From a virus: a DNA stretch of 64,000 nucleotides. Within the stretch, counting starts at the first letter, position 1; every line of letters begins with the position of its first letter. The position numbers and the translations under genes are program-made. Positions 10,214 to 16,744 of the stretch are shown here, piece by piece. Location: the IMG/VR virus record IMGVR_UViG_3300031088_000737, positions 64,001 through 128,000 of that record; one strand, 5' to 3'. The notes under the pieces were generated by a model. The model saw only the letters and a list, made by a program, of their open reading frames with translations. It was not told the origin of the DNA and made no database searches.

Positions 10214-11401
10214 ATGAAACAAATACTCACTGATACTTTGCTTGGCTACCATGAGACACATCCAATTACATGTCCATTCATCAATCCACTTATCTTTCAA
10301 GGTAAAACATGTACACGAGTATTCGATGTAGCTCTTTATCAAAATCCAAGTGATTTAACCATATATTCATATGATCTCTTCGAAGCGGTTGATAACTTAA
10401 AGAAATGGGTTTCTGATGTGATTGCTAGCTATGAAAACCTTCCTGATGAAGTAAAAGCTCTTAAATCAGATTTAGAAATAGATGTGATGATTGATAATAT
10501 CAAAGAAATGTATCATTTCAACATTGATGTAGATTCACAAGAGCGTTATATCAATCAGATTATAAATCGTTGGGAGGAAGCTCATAATAAATACAATGAT
10601 CTTAATGATAAGATTGAATCGAAATCAAGAGAACTTGATGTTGCCGAATCTATGCTTGATATTGATGTGAATGATGATGACGTTAAGAATTATAGATTGT
10701 CTCAGAAAACAACTACAGCCAATGAATTACTAGCATTGGAAAACGAGTTATTGATTTTACAAAATGAATTTGATGATGATATTTCTGCTCAATTCGAAAT
10801 TGAAACAGAAACCTATTCACAAACATTAGAAACATTAAGAACCAGAAATGATAATATGCGAGTGGAAACTTACGCATTAATTGAATGCTTAACCATTAAT
10901 TTTAAGAATGAACTCAATATTGAACAACCTAATGACTACCTCACAAAAAGATTTGGCATTAAAGACAGTTTAAGTGGTATCAAAACTTTAAACATTGGAT
11001 TGCTTTATAACAACTCTGCGTTCAATGTGAACAGCTTAGATGAATACGAAACAAATGACAATGAATATGGAAAGCAATATTTTCTGAAGTTGGCTGATAA
11101 CTTGTATTCAAGAAATATTTTAACACATGCTGACAAAAGTGAATTCAAAGAAAAAATCAACCCTTTCATGTTATTGAAAGATGCTTATTTCGAAAAATAT
11201 GGTATATCAAAAGCTGAATCAAGAACTCCTGATTTTCAGAAGAAACTGTTATTCGATAAATTGAAAGAGTATGGATATCAAGTGGTCAGATTCTATGAGA
11301 CGATTGATGACTATAAATCAAGTAAGGACAATTTTAAGACACTTGAATTAAAAGATTGGGGAAACACCTTAAAACAGAAGAAAACAATAAAGCCAGTATA
11401 A
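10214..11401 (+). CDS. Hypothetical acidic coiled-coil protein with basic C-terminal tail
   Basis: 395-aa ORF with heptad-like central region; ends KQKKTIKPV. Confidence 0.75.
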   Translation: MKQILTDTLLGYHETHPITCPFINPLIFQGKTCTRVFDVALYQNPSDLTIYSYDLFEAVDNLKKWVSDVIASYENLPDEVKALKSDLEIDVMIDNIKEMYHFNIDVDSQERYINQIINRWEEAHNKYNDLNDKIESKSRELDVAESMLDIDVNDDDVKNYRLSQKTTTANELLALENELLILQNEFDDDISAQFEIETETYSQTLETLRTRNDNMRVETYALIECLTINFKNELNIEQPNDYLTKRFGIKDSLSGIKTLNIGLLYNNSAFNVNSLDEYETNDNEYGKQYFLKLADNLYSRNILTHADKSEFKEKINPFMLLKDAYFEKYGISKAESRTPDFQKKLLFDKLKEYGYQVVRFYETIDDYKSSKDNFKTLELKDWGNTLKQKKTIKPV

Positions 11402-11414
11402 ACTGGCTTTTGTT

Positions 11415-12038
11415 TTAAGGTTGAGATCTGAGTGATCCAGTTTTTGCTGGTCGTTGAATTTTAACTTGATTGTGCTCTGGGTCAAGTGCTGCTTTTTCAG
11501 CCATTTCCTCCTTTTGTTTTTTCAACATAAAGATAAAGCTTTTAAATTTAGGGGATTCTAATACTGCAGAGAGTTCACTTTTAATTTCAACAACACTTTT
11601 ATCCAGCATGGTGTTATCCACATTACCAAAATCTTCAACAGCTTGACCATCATTTCCTGCTTTCTTCATGTAGTCTTCAACACGTTCTTTGTAAGGGCGA
11701 AGATCGGATGTGAATGCAAACACTTTCTTTTTTTGTGCAGCAGCATAGCCCATTTCAAAGGCTGTACCCACATCAGTCGATGGGCCACGGAAAGGTGACA
11801 TGTTAACAATAAACAAATCAGCAGAATCCATCAAATTAGTATTCTTTTCATAGATTTCTTGGGATATCTGACTTGGCGTGTTATCAGTAGATACTTCATT
11901 ATCCAATGGAATTAAAGCAACGATACCATGCTTTTCACATAATAGTCTGGTCACTTCTGCATTTATTTTTGCGTCAGGGTGAAAGACATCAGGGCCAGCC
12001 ATATACGCTTTAATTACAATTTCATTCTTACTAGTCAT
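11415..12038 (-). CDS. Nucleoside 2-deoxyribosyltransferase family protein
   Basis: YMAGPDVF and D...VGTAFEMGYAAA..K.V motifs; extra C-terminal extension of about 45 aa. Confidence 0.88.
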   Translation of the reverse strand: MTSKNEIVIKAYMAGPDVFHPDAKINAEVTRLLCEKHGIVALIPLDNEVSTDNTPSQISQEIYEKNTNLMDSADLFIVNMSPFRGPSTDVGTAFEMGYAAAQKKKVFAFTSDLRPYKERVEDYMKKAGNDGQAVEDFGNVDNTMLDKSVVEIKSELSAVLESPKFKSFIFMLKKQKEEMAEKAALDPEHNQVKIQRPAKTGSLRSQP

Positions 12039-12197
12039 TTAATCCTCATTATATTCTATTGGTCAACTATATTATTATAATACAAAAGAGATAATTATAC
12101 AATCTTTTATTTTGATAATATTAATAAAGCAATATTAGTATACTTGCTGTTTTGAGCTTTTTTTAGTATAATTGAAATTATAAAAAAGGTATTATTG

Positions 12198-12836
12198 ATG
12201 AGAAATAACGAAAAACACTATAACATAAATAAATTATTTAAATTCGATGAACAATTATTAGAAGATTTTTCAAAAGAATCTGCGATTCCACTGGTCAAAC
12301 CCATTGGTATCTTTCATCTTGCGATTAAATTAAAAGAAGACGAATCTCCTTGTGTTGATGGTATTGGTTATCCCGCTCTCATTTGTCGCTATATCTTGAA
12401 AGATTATATGAAAGAAGATTATGACTTTTATTTACAAAATATTTTCGCTAAAATGAAACGTTATGGTAATTATATTAATGTCCAGTTTCAAAGACAAATA
12501 AAAAAAACAATAAGTATTACCTTATCTGATAATTATACTTCAATTAAGGATATTACCTCAATTAGTTTTGATTATGATATACACTTGCGTGATAAAAAAC
12601 ATCTCTATCCAGACGCCACAGTGACCATCGTTTTTAAAGGCGAATCAATCTATGAGTTCAGTATGGATGAAAATAATGAACCACACATTAAAATGGTTGT
12701 TAACTATAATGATTTAGATGGTTTCTTCGTTAAATTTATGGAAGCTTATAAAAATAAGTTTGCACGAAAAATAGGTGTACATCGATCAACAAATACTAGT
12801 CAACTTAAAACGTTGGTTGATATAGTTCTTTTTTAA
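12198..12836 (+). CDS. Hypothetical protein, paralog family A
   Basis: Clearly similar to 12901..13557 (YIL..YMKEDYD.FLQ.IF.K.K.YG; VINYNDL.GFF.KF). Confidence 0.8.
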   Translation: MRNNEKHYNINKLFKFDEQLLEDFSKESAIPLVKPIGIFHLAIKLKEDESPCVDGIGYPALICRYILKDYMKEDYDFYLQNIFAKMKRYGNYINVQFQRQIKKTISITLSDNYTSIKDITSISFDYDIHLRDKKHLYPDATVTIVFKGESIYEFSMDENNEPHIKMVVNYNDLDGFFVKFMEAYKNKFARKIGVHRSTNTSQLKTLVDIVLF

Positions 12837-12900
12837 ACAAAAGCTTGTTTTTATGATATTTGTTTGTATAATTATTAGTCTACTATAAGGCGATATTACA

Positions 12901-13557
12901 ATGAAAAATGATGTAGATAATTTTTTAAATGTTGATGATTCTCTTTTAAAAGTAATAGAAGATGAAGTATCTCTTATGATTATTGGTACCCATGATGGTT
13001 GTTCTATTTTTAATATTCAACCAATGAATCATTCACGTTTAGAAATCAAATTACAGGAAAACCAAAAACCTTTTTTTTATTATATAGGCGATCCATCTAT
13101 TATATCTCGCTATATATTAACACAATACATGAAAGAAGATTATGATGTATTTTTACAATCTATTTTTCATAAAATTAAAAACTATGGCAAGTTTCTGAAT
13201 ATTGATTTTAATAGCTTCACAAAAATAAACATGAATATTACGTTAGCTAATGATTATCAATCTATTAAAGATATTATATCTGTATGTTTAGTCTATAGAA
13301 TCCTGATCAGAACACATCAATATTATGCCATACATACAGAGCTTACTATTGTATTCGAAGGCGAGTCTCTTTACGATTTTAATTTTACGCAGGGTGATTA
13401 TGCAACACTTAAAATGGTTATTAACTATAACGACTTAAATGGATTTTTTCTTAAATTTGGTGAGGTATATAGAACTGATATTGCAAAAAAATTAGAATTA
13501 CCCGTTTCAACAGACATGAATCAAATGCTCATATTAGCTGAAATGTCGGTAATTTAG
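12901..13557 (+). CDS. Hypothetical protein, paralog family A
   Basis: Paralog of 12198..12836; ends LAEMSVI. Confidence 0.8.
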   Translation: MKNDVDNFLNVDDSLLKVIEDEVSLMIIGTHDGCSIFNIQPMNHSRLEIKLQENQKPFFYYIGDPSIISRYILTQYMKEDYDVFLQSIFHKIKNYGKFLNIDFNSFTKINMNITLANDYQSIKDIISVCLVYRILIRTHQYYAIHTELTIVFEGESLYDFNFTQGDYATLKMVINYNDLNGFFLKFGEVYRTDIAKKLELPVSTDMNQMLILAEMSVI

Positions 13558-13579
13558 TTCAGTTTGTAATTTTAAAGAT

Positions 13580-13605
13580 AAAAAAACCGTAAGTGAATAC
13601 GGTTT
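13580..13605 (-). terminator. Bidirectional intrinsic terminator closing the tRNA array
   Basis: AAACCGTA-AGTGAA-TACGGTTT flanked by A and T runs. Confidence 0.75.
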
Positions 13606-13613
13606 ATTTTATT

Positions 13614-13697
13614 TGGTGCGGAAAGTGGGACTCGAACCCACACGCCTCTCGGCACTGGCTTCTAAGACCAGCGTGTCTACCATTCCACCATTTCCGC
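13614..13697 (-). tRNA. tRNA-Leu(UAG)
   Basis: Full cloverleaf; anticodon stem CTGGT/GCCAG, loop CTTAGAA; long variable arm, A73, encoded CCA. Confidence 0.95.
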
Positions 13698-13704
13698 ATA
13701 GACA

Positions 13705-14049
13705 TTAATATTTCTTTTCAATATAATTTAAATCAACATTTTCAAAGATAAAATCTATATTATTATTTTTGCAACAGGTTATCAAATCTTGATAGTCTTC
13801 AAAATCATTGGCATCATAATCAGGAATACTATCTTCATGTTCATATAAATCAATTAAACTGTAACTCAACTCAGTTTCATCAACACCAGCAATATCGGAC
13901 CATTCTTTTCGAATAGAACGTTTAAAGACATAATCAGTAAAATCTTCTTTATGTGGCTCTGCAACCAGTTCGCCATCAAGGAAGATATTCCAATAACGAT
14001 TGTCATACAAATTAACGATAACAATTTTACCTTTCACTGAGTTTGTCAT
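13705..14049 (-). CDS. Acidic hypothetical protein (114 aa) inserted in the tRNA array
   Basis: The ORF-track call begins inside a tRNA. The likely start is ATG 14049 (MTNSVKGK...) with an AAGGT RBS. Confidence 0.7.
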   Translation of the reverse strand: MTNSVKGKIVIVNLYDNRYWNIFLDGELVAEPHKEDFTDYVFKRSIRKEWSDIAGVDETELSYSLIDLYEHEDSIPDYDANDFEDYQDLITCCKNNNIDFIFENVDLNYIEKKY

Positions 14050-14084
14050 GTTTAAATACCTTTGTAAGAAATAAAACATAAAGT

Positions 14085-14168
14085 TGGTGCCCGAAGACGG
14101 ACTCGAACCGTCACTCCCGAAGGAAGGGGATTTTAAGTCCCCCGCGTCTACCATTTCGCCATTCGGGC
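14085..14168 (-). tRNA. tRNA-Leu(UAA)
   Basis: Stem GGGGA/TCCCC, loop CTTAAAA, long variable arm, CCA. Confidence 0.95.
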
Positions 14169-14177
14169 ATAAAAAAG

Positions 14178-14275
14178 TAATTCAATATTTTAGAATGCAT
14201 TTCAGCAAACGTGTCTACCACTCCACCACCCCGTGCAAACACGAGAAAAGGATTCGAACCTTCGATATTGAATTA
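14178..14275 (-). ncRNA. Circularly permuted tRNA-like RNA (T arm - closed acceptor hairpin - D arm - degenerate anticodon arm, closed by an 11-bp stem)
   Basis: Minus strand: TAATTCAATAT C GAAGG-TTCGAAT-CCTTT TCTCGTG-TTTG-CACGGGG TG GTG-GAGTGGTAGA-CAC G TTTGC-TGAAAT-GCATT CTAAA ATATTGAATTA. Confidence 0.75.
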
Positions 14276-14279
14276 AATC

Positions 14280-14364
14280 TGGTCCCCGGAGCCGGACTCG
14301 AACCGGCACGCCTTTCGGCGGGAGATTTTAAGTCTCCTGTGTCTACCAATTCCACCATCCGGGG
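14280..14364 (-). tRNA. tRNA-Leu(UAA)
   Basis: Acceptor CCCCGGA/TCCGGGG, loop CTTAAAA, long variable arm, CCA. Confidence 0.95.
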
Positions 14365-14382
14365 ATAAACACATGTACAATC

Positions 14383-14468
14383 TGGTACCCGAAGTCGGAC
14401 TCGAACCGACACGCTTTTCAGCGGGAGATTTTGAATCTCCTGTGTACTACCAATTTCACCATTCGGGC
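14383..14468 (-). tRNA. tRNA-Leu(CAA)
   Basis: Stem GGAGA/TCTCC, loop TTCAAAA, CCA. Confidence 0.93.
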
Positions 14469-14479
14469 ATATCTAAATC

Positions 14480-14564
14480 TGGTACGGAAGATGGGACTCG
14501 AACCCACACGCCTCGCGGCACTGGTTTCTGAAACCAGCATGTGCTACCATTTCATCACTTCCGC
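14480..14564 (-). tRNA. tRNA-Leu(CAG)
   Basis: Stem CTGGT/ACCAG, loop TTCAGAA, CCA. Confidence 0.93.
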
Positions 14565-14578
14565 ATTAACTCATAATT

Positions 14579-14664
14579 TGGTACCCGAAGTCGGACTCGA
14601 ACCGACACGCCTTTCAGCGGGAGATTTTAAGTCTCCTGTGTACTACCAATTTCACCATTCTGGC
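14579..14664 (-). tRNA. tRNA-Leu(UAA), one A-G mismatch in the acceptor stem
   Basis: Loop CTTAAAA; near-copy of 14383..14468; acceptor GCCAGAA/TTCGGGT. Confidence 0.88.
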
Positions 14665-14675
14665 ATATCTAAATT

Positions 14676-14759
14676 TGGTGCGTTAGGTGAGACTCGAACT
14701 CACAATCCTTTCGGCACTGGCTTCTTAGACCAGCGTGTATACCATTCCACCACTAACGC
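14676..14759 (-). tRNA. tRNA-Leu(AAG), A34
   Basis: Stem CTGGT/GCCAG, loop CTAAGAA, long variable arm, CCA. Confidence 0.93.
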
Positions 14760-14765
14760 ATGATT

Positions 14766-14915
14766 TGTCGCTTAAAGTAGGAGTCGAACCTACAAGTCAT
14801 GGACTCAATGTCCATCGCGTCTACCGTTCCGCCATATTAGTAAGATACTAATAACAGGATTCGAACCTGTAATGACAGGGCTATCACCCTATGTCTACCA
14901 TTCCATCATTTAAGC
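14766..14915 (-). ncRNA. Double tRNA-like RNA with swapped acceptor stems and no anticodon loops
   Basis: Minus strand: GCTTAAA TG ATG-GAATGGTAGA-CAT A GGGT-GATA-GCCC TGTCATT ACAGG-TTCGAAT-CCTGT TATTAGTA-TCT-TACTAATA TG GCG-GAACGGTAGA-CGC G ATGGAC-ATTGA-GTCCAT GACTT GTAGG-TTCGACT-CCTAC TTTAAGC G ACA. Confidence 0.8.
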
Positions 14916-14919
14916 AATC

Positions 14920-15003
14920 TGGTGCGGAAGGTGGGACTCGAACCCACACGTCTCTCGACACTGGCTTCTAAGGCCAGCACGTCTACCATTTCATCACTTC
15001 CGC
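14920..15003 (-). tRNA. tRNA-Leu(UAG)
   Basis: Stem CTGGC/GCCAG, loop CTTAGAA, CCA. Confidence 0.95.
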
Positions 15004-15025
15004 GTGATATTTCTTTACATCAATT

Positions 15026-15109
15026 TGGTGCCCCGAGGGAGACTCGAACTCCCACTCCTTTCGGAAACGGATTTTGAATCCGCCGCGTCTACCATTCCGC
15101 CATCGGGGC
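15026..15109 (-). tRNA. tRNA-Leu(CAA)
   Basis: Stem GCGGA/TCCGT, loop TTCAAAA, CCA. Confidence 0.95.
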
Positions 15110-15141
15110 TTATGTTGTAGCTACATATCTTACTATAAATC

Positions 15142-15225
15142 TGGTGCGATTGGAGAGACTTGAACTCTCAATCCTTGCGGCATTGGCTTCTTAGACCAAC
15201 GTGTATACCATTCCACCACAATCGC
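15142..15225 (-). tRNA. tRNA-Leu(AAG), A34
   Basis: Stem TTGGT/GCCAA, loop CTAAGAA, CCA. Confidence 0.93.
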
Positions 15226-15232
15226 ATATCTT

Positions 15233-15316
15233 AATGAGTAAAGGGACTCGAACCCTTACGCCTTTATGGGGCATGTCTAAGCGAAGACATTATGGCTACC
15301 ATTACATCATACTCAT
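15233..15316 (-). ncRNA. tRNA-like RNA or pseudo-tRNA with Leu-type body, non-canonical anticodon loop and no CCA
   Basis: Acceptor ATGAGTA/TACTCAT; T arm AAGGG-TTCGAGT-CCCTT; anticodon arm ATGTCT-TCGCTT-AGACAT (6-nt loop); variable arm GCC...GGC. Confidence 0.7.
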
Positions 15317-15415
15317 CAGGGGTTTGACTTTGATAATAGTGAGTTACAAGCTAATAATTACTATGTTTCAAAGTTTCCAGTGGGAACCGGAGCAACCCAA
15401 TTTTAAATCTTTATT

Positions 15416-15500
15416 TGGTGCGGAAGGTGAGACTTGAACTCACAATCATTATAGAAACTGTGTTTGAGACAGTCGCGTTTACCAGTTTCGCCACATCCGC
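15416..15500 (-). tRNA. tRNA-Leu(CAA)
   Basis: Stem ACTGT/ACAGT, loop CTCAAAC; one T-T mismatch in the acceptor; weakly paired variable arm; CCA. Confidence 0.85.
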
Positions 15501-15552
15501 ATATTTATTTCTTTAAGAGTGTTTGTTTGTTTCCTCACTCTTCATGTTTACT

Positions 15553-15581
15553 ATCTTACCAACTCTTTTCTTCTTTGTCAA
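15553..15581 (-). promoter_or_regulatory. sigma70 promoter of the tRNA-Leu array
   Basis: TTGACA-17 nt-TAAGAT. An IHF-consensus match (AATCAATGATTTA, 15619-15631) lies just upstream but may be chance in AT-rich DNA. Confidence 0.8.
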
Positions 15582-15671
15582 CAACTATTTTAAATTATTT
15601 TAAAATATTTTCCTTTTAAATCAATGATTTACGTTGTTTATAGTTGTAGTTAACCCTAGACATTCGCCCAT

Positions 15672-15776
15672 AAAAAAAGACCCTTTTGGGGTCCAGATGC
15701 GAAATGAGGCGAGTTTTTATATTCGAGGTCATCTGCATCTGGACAATCTAATTGTCCAAAATGCAGACAAATAGAT
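15672..15776 (-). promoter_or_regulatory. Transcription attenuator (alternative hairpins, antiterminator and terminator) downstream of the Leu leader
   Basis: Terminator GACCC-CAAAA-GGGTC-T7 (15672-15693). Antiterminator GTCCAGATGC (15735-15744) pairs perfectly with GCATCTGGAC (15691-15700). Protector hairpin 15732-15767 and competing hairpin 15746-15776. Confidence 0.85.
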
Positions 15777-15777
15777 G

Positions 15778-15840
15778 CTAGCCCAAGCTAAGTAATAGTG
15801 AGCTTAAGAGTAGCAGTGATAATCGAATAGTTGTGAACAT
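15778..15840 (-). CDS. Leucine-rich attenuator leader peptide MFTTIRLSLLLLSSLLLSLG
   Basis: GAGGA RBS, 20 codons, 9 Leu (TTA CTG CTA CTC TTA CTA TTA CTT TTG); LeuL-like architecture. Confidence 0.85.
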   Translation of the reverse strand: MFTTIRLSLLLLSSLLLSLG

Positions 15841-15864
15841 AATTTCGTCCTCGTTAATTCTTAT

Positions 15865-15893
15865 ATTTTATCAAAGGTTCGTTTCAAAGTCAA
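15865..15893 (-). promoter_or_regulatory. sigma70 promoter of the Leu leader
   Basis: TTGACT-17 nt-TAAAAT, back to back with a divergent TTGACT at 15909 (10-bp inverted repeat TCAAAGTCAA/TTGACTTTGA). Confidence 0.8.
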
Positions 15894-15967
15894 ATGATTT
15901 CGTGCTCATTGACTTTGATTTCAATCACTATAAGATAATAGAAATGTTAATATAATGGAGATGGTGC

Positions 15968-16681
15968 ATGACCAAAGAGACAGATATACTTAAGCTCTAC
16001 GAAAAAATTCTAAAACACTCACCTTATTCAAAAGCTAATGATGTTGTTCGTATAGAAGCCAATACTTATCCATCTCAATCAGTGGAGCAATACCTTATCA
16101 AATCAACCAGTAGTGATGAAACTCTGTTAAATGCCATCATGATACCCACTGGCATACACACTAGTCAGTATTTGTTAAATTTAAATTTTGAAGGCGTTAC
16201 TAATGTTAACAATATTAATAAATGGTTAGGTAAAATTCATTTTAATCATGTGGTTGATATTATTAATAGCTATGCTCTGACTGGATTATCTGTTGGACTT
16301 ATTAAGGATATCAGTTATCCAGCAAAAATATCGTTGTCGTGGTTTTATCAACACCAAGAGGTTTATCAATCCTTTGGAGCCTACTATCATTCTATTTATC
16401 CTGATTATAACAAACGTGTCGCTAAGGTTTCTTTTATTGATTTGACCACTGGTTTGGAAACACGTCCTTTAAAATTGACGGCTAATCTAGAACTCTTAAT
16501 TGTCGATGAAGTCTTAACACCGACCGTTGTGTTATCTGTTCCTTTTGTTAAGACCAAGAATAGAAAAGAATTGCGTATCAATCTCAATGAACCTTTGGAT
16601 CTTGCTGTTTACATATCATTGTTTAAAAATGAATTTCAGTCCTTGCTTGATGCCAAAGTAAAGAAAACAAAAAAGAAATAA
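15968..16681 (+). CDS. Hypothetical protein
   Basis: 237-aa ORF, GGAG RBS, basic tail KVKKTKKK. Confidence 0.75.
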   Translation: MTKETDILKLYEKILKHSPYSKANDVVRIEANTYPSQSVEQYLIKSTSSDETLLNAIMIPTGIHTSQYLLNLNFEGVTNVNNINKWLGKIHFNHVVDIINSYALTGLSVGLIKDISYPAKISLSWFYQHQEVYQSFGAYYHSIYPDYNKRVAKVSFIDLTTGLETRPLKLTANLELLIVDEVLTPTVVLSVPFVKTKNRKELRINLNEPLDLAVYISLFKNEFQSLLDAKVKKTKKK

Positions 16682-16744
16682 ATGAGACAACAAAAAACCT
16701 ACATTGATAGTAGGTTTTAAGTATTGTATAGCTTGTAGATGTCA

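Noticed and set aside
14280-14700. Repeated 30-40 bp motifs (GGACTCGAACC...) resembling a CRISPR array
   Set aside because: These are conserved tRNA T arms inside full cloverleaves; spacing is irregular and no cas genes are present.
14084-15437. ORF-track calls 14084..14368, 14215..14412, 14431..14763, 15201..15437 and the first 35 codons of 13705..14154
   Set aside because: They are translations of tRNA genes or their antisense strand.
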